A DNA stretch of 64,000 nucleotides from the NCBI GenBank assembly GCA_017504305.1, contig JAFVRJ010000027.1:4172-68171 (forward strand), read 5' to 3'. This stretch comes from Clostridia bacterium (GTDB lineage Bacteria > Bacillota > Clostridia > Christensenellales > DTU072). Below the pieces are notes generated by a model. That model saw only the letters and a program-made list of their open reading frames with translations, did not search any database and was not told the DNA's origin. Both the position numbers and the translations under genes were made by a program. Of the stretch, positions 9,891 through 19,472 are shown piece by piece. Numbering within the stretch: position 1 is the stretch's first letter; each line of letters begins with the position of its first letter.

Positions 9891-11387
9891 ATGGAGTGTA
9901 AAAAAGTAGCGAACTATAGGCCGATAACTCTTTCAGCCATTGCGGTGAGCATAGGTATTGTGCTTGCCGGACTAACGGTTAAAGTAGGAATAGCCTATTT
10001 TCTGTTGCTCGCTATCTTGGCGGTAGCGGTGGTTGTGGTGACGATTTTAAAGCGTAAGGCACTCATACTAATCGCGCTATTTGCAACCCTTGGATTTTTA
10101 TCTTTTAGCATAACCTATTTTGTTAGATCGGAAGATGCCGTTTACTACGACTCAGCTTACTTGGAAGGTCGTATAGAGCAGATAAGCTCTAAAGCGGAAG
10201 GGCGCAAACGCTACGTGCTTGAGGATATAAAGCTCAACGGCGTTGAAGTAGGTGGCAAAGCACAACTTACCATTAATGATGACTTGGAAGTAGGCGACGT
10301 TGTCGGTGCTCTTGTGTGCGGTAGTACAAACGAGTACAACCCTTTTGATACTTACGTAGCGTTGCAGTACGGCAAGAATATTCGGCACGTATTCAATGCG
10401 ACTTATGCCGAAAAGCTTTACTCGACGGAACTTGACTTAATTGAAAAGATACGCGTTAAAATTACCGATATGCTATTCGAGTACGTAGGCGAGGAAGAGG
10501 GTGCCGTTGCTCTTGGGTTGGTGCTTGGCGATACAGCGTACGTCAACCGTTTTGCCAAAGAAGATATGCGGGTGAGTGGCCTCGCTCATCTATTTGCCGT
10601 ATCGGGTTTGCATATAGGGTTCATGTGCGGACTTGTATATGGGTTGTTCAGATTAATAAAGGTTAGTAAGCGCAAGTCACTGGTTTTAGTTATTGCGGTA
10701 CTACTGTTTTACGGCATAATAACGGCGTTCCCTGCAGGTGTTGTAAGAGCGACTATTATGGCACTGTGTTTACTGTTTTCCGAAATTATCGAGGAGCGTT
10801 ACGACGCGCTTAATACGCTATCACTTGCTGTAATACTGATGTTGTTGTTTAACCCAAGCGAATTGTTTAATATCAGTTTTTTGATGAGTGTCGGCGCAGT
10901 ATTCGGTATTGCTTGCTTTTATAGACCGTTATCCAATCTTTGCACTTGTGAGAATAAAATCGTAAAGAAAGGCTGGGATTTAATATCAGTTTCCGTTGCG
11001 GCTAACTCATATATTTTTGCAATAAGTGCATACGCGTTTGGTACTGTTTCCATTTACTTTGTTTTAAGTAATCTCGTAGCGGTTCCGGTAGCTGGCGTTA
11101 TATATTCTGTTCTTGTAAGCGTGGTGTTGGTTACGCTCATAATACCGACTTTAGGTATTCTTTTAGTACCACTTAAGTACCCAATAGGTATACTTACTGC
11201 ATTTAGCGGACTCATTGCAAGTTTGCCGAGTGCGAGCGTGGAAATTACTATTCCGATTGTCGCAGGCATTACCTATGCGATAGCGTTGATGTTTATAAGC
11301 AAGTTTAATCTTATGAAAAATAAGATTAAGATAATAGTTTTTTGCTCACTTTTGGTGCTCACTGCCCTCATTATTATAATTTTTTAG
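9891..11387 (+). CDS. comEC: ComEC/Rec2 family DNA internalization channel (no beta-lactamase domain)
   Basis: Polytopic membrane protein with the competence-domain motif SGLAHLFAVSGLHIG. It lies directly upstream of holA, as in many Firmicutes. Confidence 0.8.
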   Translation: MECKKVANYRPITLSAIAVSIGIVLAGLTVKVGIAYFLLLAILAVAVVVVTILKRKALILIALFATLGFLSFSITYFVRSEDAVYYDSAYLEGRIEQISSKAEGRKRYVLEDIKLNGVEVGGKAQLTINDDLEVGDVVGALVCGSTNEYNPFDTYVALQYGKNIRHVFNATYAEKLYSTELDLIEKIRVKITDMLFEYVGEEEGAVALGLVLGDTAYVNRFAKEDMRVSGLAHLFAVSGLHIGFMCGLVYGLFRLIKVSKRKSLVLVIAVLLFYGIITAFPAGVVRATIMALCLLFSEIIEERYDALNTLSLAVILMLLFNPSELFNISFLMSVGAVFGIACFYRPLSNLCTCENKIVKKGWDLISVSVAANSYIFAISAYAFGTVSIYFVLSNLVAVPVAGVIYSVLVSVVLVTLIIPTLGILLVPLKYPIGILTAFSGLIASLPSASVEITIPIVAGITYAIALMFISKFNLMKNKIKIIVFCSLLVLTALIIIIF

Positions 11388-11416
11388 TTGTAAATTGCGC
11401 GCGCGTATAGTATAAT
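11388..11416 (+). promoter_or_regulatory. Promoter-like element directly abutting the holA start
   Basis: TTGTAA-17 nt (attGCGCGCGCgtatag)-TATAAT. The ATG at 11423 is 6 nt downstream and has no SD sequence. Confidence 0.5.
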
Positions 11417-11422
11417 AGCGCT

Positions 11423-12397
11423 ATGAAAGCCTTGGATTTCAAATGGACAAGCGATATAGGAAGCGCGTTTTTGCTCACCGGTAGCGACGGATACTGGAAG
11501 GATTACGTTATAAACGTAATTATAAATTCTGTTGCGAACGGCGCTTTTGGGTATAATTATCGCGTCTATAATGAACTGAAAAGCATAGAAGAAGCTCTTG
11601 AAGCGTTTAGTTCGGTTGGGTTCTTTGGCGAGAGTAGCATCGTAGTTATTTCTAACTACGGCGTTAAAAAATCAGGTGCTAAATCGGAAGCTAAACTTTC
11701 GGCTAAAGAAGTTGAGCTTTGGCATGAAGTTATTGCTTCGCTTTCCCCCGAGCTAATACTTATCGTAGTTGACTCCAACTTGCCTAAAGAGATTGCTCAA
11801 AATTTTTTTGAAGTGGACTGCAGTAAGCTTGAGGGTGTGGCGCTTAAGGATCACGTTAGCTCTTTAGCTACTCCTAAAAAAATAGAACCGCGTGCTTTGG
11901 ATATACTCATAGAGTACTGCAACCGCGATATGCTTTTGATTGCTAACGAGGTTAAAAAGCTTTCGGCATATGCCGGCGGTAAAAATATTCTGACTGTCGA
12001 GATGGTGGAAACTCTTGTTGCCAACAACATTGAAAACGAAATGTTTGAGTTGTCTAACGCCATCGCGGACAAAAACAAAATTAAAGCTACCAAACTATTC
12101 GATAAATTCGTTTCCAAGGGTATTTCGTACTCGTTGATGCTTGGTATGCTGGTTAATCAATATCGCCGGTTGTTGCATTGTGCCCTTTCTAAAAAGAGCG
12201 ACAACGATCTTGCCGAGTCGCTTGGCATAAAGCCTTATGCTGTCAAACGTAGTCGCGAGACCGCCACGAAGTATGGTAAGGCAACGTTAAAGAGCATTTT
12301 AGACAGTTTGGTCGATGCGGAGTTTGCATTTAAGAGTGGTGTTATGGTGGAAGAAACCGCCGTTAGAACTGCTTTTGCAAAACTGATTTCCAAATAG
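11423..12397 (+). CDS. holA: DNA polymerase III delta subunit
   Basis: 324 aa. The position after comEC and an overall HolA-like pattern (LLTGSD..., C-terminal helical domain) support the call. Confidence 0.7.
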   Translation: MKALDFKWTSDIGSAFLLTGSDGYWKDYVINVIINSVANGAFGYNYRVYNELKSIEEALEAFSSVGFFGESSIVVISNYGVKKSGAKSEAKLSAKEVELWHEVIASLSPELILIVVDSNLPKEIAQNFFEVDCSKLEGVALKDHVSSLATPKKIEPRALDILIEYCNRDMLLIANEVKKLSAYAGGKNILTVEMVETLVANNIENEMFELSNAIADKNKIKATKLFDKFVSKGISYSLMLGMLVNQYRRLLHCALSKKSDNDLAESLGIKPYAVKRSRETATKYGKATLKSILDSLVDAEFAFKSGVMVEETAVRTAFAKLISK

Positions 12398-12405
12398 GAG
12401 GAAAA

Positions 12406-13191
12406 ATGATCAGTAAACTATTTAGTAAACTAAATAAAATCCCCGGTTGGGTAAGTATAGTGGCTGTAATTATCGCATGCATTTTTTCGGTAATTCCAGA
12501 GTTACTTACCTTTGATAACAGCATTTATCAAGACGCACTCGGCTTGATGGATTTGACTTCAGGTGTCGTTCAAGATTCTGCCACCATTACTAATCCTGCG
12601 TACAAGTACGTCGTTGTGTTCTTCGATGCGATTTTAACTTGGATCATTATGGAGCTTGTTGCAGGTTGCGTATTCAACTGGGCTGTACGCAGTAGGTTTA
12701 CCAATAGAGGCAAGCAACAATTTTTAGTAGCCACAAGACTTGGTTACGCTGTAGTAATGCTTTTATACGGCATTTTCTCGTTTACTGCGTTATGGGCACC
12801 CGCAGTTTACAATTTCGCATACGATATCGTGTTGTTTGTGTTAAGAACTGCAGTGTTTACCATCGTTTATTTGGGCATCAAAGAGGATTGCGTTAACGAT
12901 AAATTCGTCTTTACTCTCTACAATAGATTGTTCACATTATACTTTACGTATAATGCGGTGCTATATCTATTGTTTATGGTAATGGAGCTTCTGTCTACCG
13001 AGACGATCGTCGTTATTGCAGTAGTCGCCAATGCAGTCGGTTTGGCGGTTGTACTTATAGCAGGCGCAATATTATATTTTACCGTCTACAAGAAGCTCAA
13101 GAAGGAGCAGGAAGAAAATCGCAAAATCATATTACCACCTCCCACCGATGGTGGAAATAACTACGAAATCTTTAAGGGATACGGTATGTAA
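12406..13191 (+). CDS. Hypothetical polytopic membrane protein
   Basis: 261 aa with several hydrophobic segments and a strong GGAGGA RBS. No recognisable family. Confidence 0.5.
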   Translation: MISKLFSKLNKIPGWVSIVAVIIACIFSVIPELLTFDNSIYQDALGLMDLTSGVVQDSATITNPAYKYVVVFFDAILTWIIMELVAGCVFNWAVRSRFTNRGKQQFLVATRLGYAVVMLLYGIFSFTALWAPAVYNFAYDIVLFVLRTAVFTIVYLGIKEDCVNDKFVFTLYNRLFTLYFTYNAVLYLLFMVMELLSTETIVVIAVVANAVGLAVVLIAGAILYFTVYKKLKKEQEENRKIILPPPTDGGNNYEIFKGYGM

Positions 13192-13208
13192 CCGTAAAGG
13201 AGTACCTT

Positions 13209-14018
13209 ATGTTGTCGGCATATCAATTTAGTCTTTTGAGCATCGTCGATTTAATAGCTGTAGCAGGTCTTTTGACTGCTGTTGCTATCTTCTTTATTCG
13301 CAAAAAAAGCGTAAAGCTTCTTGCTATATACGCAGTTGCTACGATTGCTTACGTAGCAATCGTCCTTATTGACGAACTGTTTAACGTACCCGTAGCGAGA
13401 GCAGTAGCACAATTATTTATAATTGTAATGAGCATAATCCTTGCTGTCGTATATCAATCGGACTTCAAGGTAGCGTTTTTTAACCTGACCAGAAGTTATG
13501 ATAAAAACGCCTACGTTGATAGCGACCTTTCGGACGAGGAATTGCGTAATGCCGTTGACGAGATAGTTAGAGCATGTCAAACGATGAGTAAAAACCGTAC
13601 CGGCGCTCTTATCGTAATAGCACCTAACTCCATTACTCCCAATATTTTAGAAACCGGCGTTAAGCTCGAAGCCTTTGTAAGTGCAGCGTTGCTTGAGGCT
13701 ATTTTTAACACACGCGCGCCTTTCCACGATGGAGCGGTTATTGTACAAGGCAACAAGGTATTGGCAGCAGGATGCTTCTTACCTTTATCCCAATCACAAG
13801 CGGTTGCTAAAAACCTTGGTACGCGTCACCGCGCGGGCATAGGCGTAACCGAAGTTGCGGGTGACGTACTCACTATTATCGCAAGTGAAGAAACCGGCAT
13901 TATATCAATTGCCCAAGGCGGACAATTAAGACGCTTTGTAACCCCCGATAGACTCCGTGACGAGCTTCATAAGATCCTTAAGATTACTCCCCATACTCGT
14001 AACAGAAACATTAATTAG
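13209..14018 (+). CDS. cdaA: Diadenylate cyclase CdaA (DisA_N/DAC domain)
   Basis: Three N-terminal TM helices, followed by TGALIVI, HDGAVIV, LGTRHRAGIG and SEETGIIS motifs. Confidence 0.9.
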   Translation: MLSAYQFSLLSIVDLIAVAGLLTAVAIFFIRKKSVKLLAIYAVATIAYVAIVLIDELFNVPVARAVAQLFIIVMSIILAVVYQSDFKVAFFNLTRSYDKNAYVDSDLSDEELRNAVDEIVRACQTMSKNRTGALIVIAPNSITPNILETGVKLEAFVSAALLEAIFNTRAPFHDGAVIVQGNKVLAAGCFLPLSQSQAVAKNLGTRHRAGIGVTEVAGDVLTIIASEETGIISIAQGGQLRRFVTPDRLRDELHKILKITPHTRNRNIN

Positions 14019-14027
14019 GAGAACCAA

Positions 14028-15254
14028 ATGAGTACGGTTAAGATACCCAAAATACTCATACCTAAACAATCGACGGACATGGTAAAATGGGCGACCATAG
14101 CGTGCGACCAGTTTTGTGCGCGGCCTAAATACTGGGAGGAACTGCAAAGTATCGTAGGTGATGCACCGAGTACCCTTAAGATAACCTGCCCCGAAATTTA
14201 CATAAATAAAGGCGACCTTGATAATCGTATTTTAAACATAAACGCCGAGATGCGTAGCTACGTTGAAAACGGCTTATTTGAGGAAGTAAACAATTTTGTG
14301 TTGGTCGAGCGCGAAGTGGAGGATGGCAAAAAAAGAGTGGGTATGATGATCAGCATTGATCTTGATCAATATGATTGGAACCGTGTCAGAGTGCCTATTC
14401 GTGCGACTGAAGGAACGCTTGTAGAAAGGCTTCCCGTTCGTATTAAGATACGCAAAAACGCTCCCATCGAGTTACCTCACGCAATAATACTTATTGACGA
14501 TGAGGACCGTAAGATTATCGAGCCTATTTATGCAAGGAGGCACAGCCTCAAAAAGCTATACGACTTCGACCTAAATATGGGTGGCGGTAACGTTAAAGGC
14601 TACGAGGTTGATGAGAGCGAAAAAGTTCTTACGTTACTTGAAGGCTTGCTTGACCGCGAACTTCAAATAAAGAAGTACGGTGTAGATGCCGGCATACAAT
14701 TTGCAGTAGGTGACGGCAACCACTCGATTGCTACTGCAAAGGTGATGTGGGAAGAACTTAAGAAAAACCTAACGGAGGAAGAAAGACTTAATCATCCGGC
14801 GAGATATATGCTTGTCGAGATGGTTAACCTATATGGCGAGGGCATGAGCTTCAAGCCCATCCACCGTTTGGTATATAACCCCGACAAGGCGTTTATTGAC
14901 GGACTCAAGGAGGCGCTTCAAGGCGATGGTAAGATTAAATTACTAACCGACAAGGGTGAGGAATTCGTTAGTGCCCCACAAAAAGCAAGCCTTGCGATAA
15001 CGGCGGTCCAAAGTTATATCGAATCCTTTATAAAAGATAATCCTTGGTTAGAGGTCGAGTACGTTCATAACGAAGAGCACTTAATAGAAGCTCTTGAGGA
15101 AAGTAAAGGCGCAATCGGTATCGTTATGCCGGACTTCCCTAACGCAGAGCTTGTTAATTACATCGTTAACGTTGGCAACCTACCCAAGAAGGCTTTTTCA
15201 ATTGGAGAACCCGAACACAAGAGATACTATCTCGAGTGTAAATACATAATATAA
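14028..15254 (+). CDS. DUF1015-like protein (divergent)
   Basis: 408 aa. The layout resembles DUF1015, but GDGNHS replaces the usual ADGHHR and TEGT replaces HExT. Confidence 0.45.
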   Translation: MSTVKIPKILIPKQSTDMVKWATIACDQFCARPKYWEELQSIVGDAPSTLKITCPEIYINKGDLDNRILNINAEMRSYVENGLFEEVNNFVLVEREVEDGKKRVGMMISIDLDQYDWNRVRVPIRATEGTLVERLPVRIKIRKNAPIELPHAIILIDDEDRKIIEPIYARRHSLKKLYDFDLNMGGGNVKGYEVDESEKVLTLLEGLLDRELQIKKYGVDAGIQFAVGDGNHSIATAKVMWEELKKNLTEEERLNHPARYMLVEMVNLYGEGMSFKPIHRLVYNPDKAFIDGLKEALQGDGKIKLLTDKGEEFVSAPQKASLAITAVQSYIESFIKDNPWLEVEYVHNEEHLIEALEESKGAIGIVMPDFPNAELVNYIVNVGNLPKKAFSIGEPEHKRYYLECKYII

Positions 15255-15277
15255 ATTGATACTATAGAAGGTGTGAC

Positions 15278-16588
15278 ATGAAAGTTTGTAAGTTTGGCGG
15301 TACCTCGATGGCAACCGTTGCATCAATTAGACAAGTTCAAAGTATAATCGAAAGCGATCCCATGCGCAAGTTCATTATTGTTTCTGCTCCCGGCAAGAGA
15401 TTTTCCGAGGACACAAAGATCACGGATATGCTCTATGCTGCATACGCAGAAAAGCTCGAAAATGGTAGCTGTAGATACAAAATTGCCGAAATTCGTACCC
15501 GTTTTGTCGAACTCGCAAAAGAGCTTGGATTAAGCGTTGATATGAATAAATACATAGACGAGGTTGAAAAGGGCATCAACGAGTCGACCACCGCCGATTA
15601 TGCTGCTTCACGTGGTGAGTATCTTTCAGCGGTTATTATGAGCGAAGTGCTTGGATTCAAGATGCTTGATGCTGCCGACGTTATCAAGTTTAAGGCAGAT
15701 GGTACTTTTGACTCCGAGTTAACAAACGACCTCGTTTCTAAATATGCTAAAGAGAGCGGTGGTATCGTAGTGCCCGGTTTCTACGGACGTATGCCCGATA
15801 AAACCATTAAAACCTTCACAAGAGGCGGTTCTGACTTTACCGGCGCAATTATTGCTCGTGGCGTAGGCGCAACCGTTTACGAGAACTGGACCGACGTTAA
15901 CGGTTTTATGGTAACAGATCCCCGTCTTGTCAATAATCCTAAGCACATCGAAGTTTTGAGTTATGAAGAATTGAGAGAGCTTTCCTATATGGGTGCGAGC
16001 GTATTGCATCCCGATAGCATCTTCCCCGTTCAAATCGATAAGATTCCGATTAACATCCGCAATACGTTCAATCCCGAAATGCCCGGTACGTTAATTCTTG
16101 ATAATACTGATGGTTATAAAATTCCTAAAGTAACCGGTATCGCAGGACGCAAGGGAAATACGACCATTTCTCTAAAGAAGGCAATGATGAACGCGGAAAT
16201 CGGCTTCTGTCGTAAAGTTCTTTCCGTTCTTGAAAGACACGGCATGTCCGTTGAGCACGTACCAACCGGCATCGACACCATGAGTATTGTTTTATCGGAT
16301 GCGGGCCTAAAGGGTGTTGATGAAAACAAGATTGTTGACGATATCCGTGGCGCAGTAAATCCCGATCATATCGAAATCACCCATAGCTTGGCTCTTATCG
16401 CCGTTGTAGGACACGGTATGGCTAACTCTCGTGGTGTTGCTGCAACGTTATTTACCGCTTTATATAAAGCCGGTGTTAACGTTCGCATGATCGACCAAGG
16501 CTCCAGCGAGCTTAACATCATTGTTGGCGTTGAAGAAAAGGATTATAATGCATCGATTAAGGCTATTTACAACGCATTTTTCGATTAA
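15278..16588 (+). CDS. Aspartate kinase
   Basis: MKVCKFGGTSMA at the N-terminus, an amino-acid kinase fold, and C-terminal ACT-like repeats (ALIAVVGHGM...). Confidence 0.9.
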   Translation: MKVCKFGGTSMATVASIRQVQSIIESDPMRKFIIVSAPGKRFSEDTKITDMLYAAYAEKLENGSCRYKIAEIRTRFVELAKELGLSVDMNKYIDEVEKGINESTTADYAASRGEYLSAVIMSEVLGFKMLDAADVIKFKADGTFDSELTNDLVSKYAKESGGIVVPGFYGRMPDKTIKTFTRGGSDFTGAIIARGVGATVYENWTDVNGFMVTDPRLVNNPKHIEVLSYEELRELSYMGASVLHPDSIFPVQIDKIPINIRNTFNPEMPGTLILDNTDGYKIPKVTGIAGRKGNTTISLKKAMMNAEIGFCRKVLSVLERHGMSVEHVPTGIDTMSIVLSDAGLKGVDENKIVDDIRGAVNPDHIEITHSLALIAVVGHGMANSRGVAATLFTALYKAGVNVRMIDQGSSELNIIVGVEEKDYNASIKAIYNAFFD

Positions 16589-16614
16589 TTAACTAATACT
16601 TGTATATAGCATTT

Positions 16615-16647
16615 AAAAAGGCTCGCAACTTGCGAGCCTTAATTTTT
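16615..16647. terminator. Bidirectional terminator
   Basis: AAAAAGGCTCGCA-act-TGCGAGCCTTAATTTTT lies between convergent genes. Confidence 0.85.
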
Positions 16648-16648
16648 A

Positions 16649-17176
16649 TTAATTTTCAATTAATAAGTCGTGTAGCAATTTATACGCTTCGGGTGCCGTT
16701 TGGTTCCAGCTGTTTCGTATCGAAATTGCAAGAGGGCGAGATTCAACCACCATTTTTAAGTCGATAATAACGCGAGTTGTATCGTGGATTTTGAGGGATA
16801 CGGTAAAGCTACCATCCTCGTTACGGAAGTAATCGGAGGTGAACTCTTGGCGCTTACGGTAGGCAAGGCGATTCTCTTTAAGGAACTCTTTGATCTCGTT
16901 TTGGAGGGATAGGGGGATATCCTTATAGAAATACGCAAGGCAGTTGCGTCCATCTGTGGTGATGGAAAGGATAGGGGAGGAGTTGCCGGGAACGTTGGTT
17001 TTAGCGATAAAAGCGCTTGCAGTCAACTCGTTAACAACTTGCTTGCAGTATAGGTAGGGAATCCAGTTGTTGTCGACACTGCAAAGAGAGAGGAATAGTT
17101 CCTCTGAAATAGGCATTTCGAATTTCTCCAAAATGAATAATACAAGCAATTTATTGTTGGTGCTTTCGTCGTTCAT
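16649..17176 (-). CDS. DUF4364 family (PadR-like wHTH) protein
   Basis: 175 aa. The N-terminal LLVLFILEKFEMPISEE... resembles the DUF4364 family of Clostridia. GAGGAAG RBS. Confidence 0.5.
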   Translation of the reverse strand: MNDESTNNKLLVLFILEKFEMPISEELFLSLCSVDNNWIPYLYCKQVVNELTASAFIAKTNVPGNSSPILSITTDGRNCLAYFYKDIPLSLQNEIKEFLKENRLAYRKRQEFTSDYFRNEDGSFTVSLKIHDTTRVIIDLKMVVESRPLAISIRNSWNQTAPEAYKLLHDLLIEN

Positions 17177-17246
17177 TTCTCTTCCTCTTTAAGTGTGCGA
17201 CCTAAATTATATCACAAACTTTTTGATTTGTGGCAAAGGAAAAATA

Positions 17247-17278
17247 AAAACCCTTGCTAAAAATTATACAAGGGTTTT
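17247..17278 (-). terminator. Terminator of the M20 peptidase gene
   Basis: AAAACCCTTG-12 nt-CAAGGGTTTT, with a T-run on the minus strand. Confidence 0.7.
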
Positions 17279-17338
17279 ATTAATTCAACATATTGTGGTT
17301 TAAATTTTCAAATACCGCAAGAGAAAACGAGAGGCGTT

Positions 17339-18793
17339 TTAGAAGCAGGTATTTTCGTACAAACGCAAGAAGAATCTGGTACCGAGTTCCAATGAAGCAA
17401 CGCTTTGGCGCTCGTTCATACCGTGGATGCGATTGCCGTCCTCAATGGATTTTTCAAAGGGAGTGAAACGATATACGCAGTTGGTAAGATTATAGTAGTG
17501 TTTAGCATCGCTTGCAGCAATAAAAGGATAGGGGGCCGCGATATAGCCGTCGAATACTTCGCTTATAGTTTTGGATAGCGCGCGGAAGGCATCGGTATCG
17601 ATGTCGCTGACGGGAGAGGGATCACAATATCCTTCTAATACTGAAACCTTAACGTTTTTGCCTGCAATTTTTTGTATATATTTTTGTACTTCGGCAGTTG
17701 TTTCTCCTGTGTTAAGACGGCAGTTAACGTTACCACGTGCAACGGGAGCGAGTGTGTTGGGAGTGTGGGCTCCGGATGTTTGCGTGGGAGCTAAAGTAGT
17801 GCGAACCAAGCAGTTGGTAAAGGGGCTAACAATAGATAAAACGTACTTTAGCAAAGGTGAAAGTATATCGCGGTTAACTAAAGCAAGTTTGAAGCCAAAG
17901 TTCATATGGGGAGCAAGTGCTTTGAACATGTCCTTGGTGGGCTTGGTCCAAGAAGTGGGACGCTTATGCTTTTCGATCTTATACATAGCCTCCGATAGGA
18001 TGCCTACGGAGGTGCGCCTTGTGGGTGCAGAGCTGTGTCCGCCGTCCTTTTCAACCTCTAAAACGTAGTCGGCGTAGCCCTTTTCGCAGGTGCCGATCAA
18101 AGCGATTTTATTGTTTATTCCGAGGATGCTACCATCCAAAATCGTACCGCCTTCGTCAATAACGTACTCTAATCTTACGCCTTTACTTTGTAGATACTTG
18201 CTGATTTCGAGAGCACCGTAAGTACCGCGGAGTTCTTCGTCGTGACCAAAGCAGAACATCATGGTACGTTTTGGAGTACGGCCGTCTTCAAGCAAAATTT
18301 CCAATCCTTCAAGAGCGGTTATCATCTGGGATTTCATATCTTGAGAGCCTCTGCCATATATGTAGCCATCTTTCACTTGACCGCTAAATGGGGGAACCTC
18401 CCAGCCTTCTTCGGGAGCCGGAACTACGTCTTGGTGTGCAAGTATGGCACAAGGTAGTAAGCTTTCGTCGGTACCTTTAACGGTATAAATAACGGCATAT
18501 TTGTTGACCAAAGTTTTTTCGGCAACAGCCATGATTTTTGGATATGATTTTTCAAGATAAGCTTGGTAGGTGTAGAATATAGAGCCGTCTTGATCGTTAT
18601 CGGAAAGGGTGACCGTGGGGATTTGTACCGCCCCGATGAGGTGATCGCGGACTCTATCTAAATCGATATCGTGGGGAGTATAAGAAGCGTTATCGATATT
18701 GGGCTTCTTAGTAAGTAAAGTGCGCAGTAGCATAAAGAGTAATAATGCTACGAATAATCCTAAAAGGGAAAAGCCTATAATTTTGCCAACCAT
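17339..18793 (-). CDS. M20 family metallopeptidase with N-terminal TM anchor
   Basis: HQDVVP, GRGSQDMK and GHDEE motifs are present. ATG 18793 has a GGAGG RBS 8 nt upstream and is preferred over 18835. Confidence 0.8.
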   Translation of the reverse strand: MVGKIIGFSLLGLFVALLLFMLLRTLLTKKPNIDNASYTPHDIDLDRVRDHLIGAVQIPTVTLSDNDQDGSIFYTYQAYLEKSYPKIMAVAEKTLVNKYAVIYTVKGTDESLLPCAILAHQDVVPAPEEGWEVPPFSGQVKDGYIYGRGSQDMKSQMITALEGLEILLEDGRTPKRTMMFCFGHDEELRGTYGALEISKYLQSKGVRLEYVIDEGGTILDGSILGINNKIALIGTCEKGYADYVLEVEKDGGHSSAPTRRTSVGILSEAMYKIEKHKRPTSWTKPTKDMFKALAPHMNFGFKLALVNRDILSPLLKYVLSIVSPFTNCLVRTTLAPTQTSGAHTPNTLAPVARGNVNCRLNTGETTAEVQKYIQKIAGKNVKVSVLEGYCDPSPVSDIDTDAFRALSKTISEVFDGYIAAPYPFIAASDAKHYYNLTNCVYRFTPFEKSIEDGNRIHGMNERQSVASLELGTRFFLRLYENTCF

Positions 18794-18969
18794 AGTAAAT
18801 ACCTCCAGTATATTTGAGATTATACTCCATCCCATTTAAAATTGCAACAAAGTAACTATGTATCCTTGGCAACGCCGAATTTTCAGTTAGACAGCCCACC
18901 TGATTTTTGTTCACAAAACGGGTGTTTTGCGAGAATTCAGAGGCGCAAAAAGCTTAAAATAGTGGTTTT

Positions 18970-19095
18970 TGGGGATAAATACACCTAAAACGTGGGGTAT
19001 AACTAAAATCGATGGGGGCAAAGGGGGAGTTATCCACAGTTCTACCCCAAGTTATCCACATATCGGTGTGGTTTTCCACAAAAATAGGTGGAAAT
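18970..19095 (+). promoter_or_regulatory. DnaA-box cluster
   Basis: Perfect TTATCCACA at 19030-19038 and at 19052-19060. TTTTCCACA at 19072-19080. Inverted TTATCCCCA at 18970-18978. A weaker ATTTCCACC on the complement at 19087-19095. Confidence 0.65.
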
Positions 19096-19404
19096 TGTAC
19101 TCGCAAAAAGCAAGTAATCGTAACAATACGCCAAATTAGGCGTCCCAAAAGCAGTTTGGGGTACCTTTTTAACGACTATTTTTTTGCGCAAAATAAGTGC
19201 ATGTTTTCGCGACTTTTTCGCAAGTTTTTCTCTTGCAAAAAATCATCAAGGCAGAATCTAATCGAATTGAGCGGAAAAACGCCCAAAACGAACATTTCTC
19301 GTGCCTTTGAAAAATACAAGGTGCATATCGACAAAAATCGCGTGCTTACGCTAAATATGTAATGATTTACTTATTTATATCATATAAAAACTAAAGTCGA
19401 TATA

Positions 19405-19434
19405 TTGACTTTTCGCGCGCACGTATAGTAGAAT
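19405..19434 (+). promoter_or_regulatory. Promoter of the esterase gene
   Basis: TTGACT-18 nt (tttCGCGCGCacgtatag)-TAGAAT. Confidence 0.6.
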
Positions 19435-19472
19435 AAAAAAGTATTCGTACACTTTTATCAAGGAGGCAAAGC

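Noticed and set aside
18970-19250. The DnaA-box cluster read as the chromosomal origin (oriC).
   Set aside because: No dnaA, dnaN, rpmH or gyrB gene is nearby. Genes further left (1-16.6 kb) are on the plus strand rather than diverging from this point. I kept it as a DnaA-box cluster of unknown role, and GC skew on the full replicon is needed to decide.
19012-19362. 116-aa ORF in the long non-coding gap.
   Set aside because: It has no RBS, a basic low-complexity sequence, and it spans the DnaA boxes and A/T-rich repeats. It is most likely non-coding.
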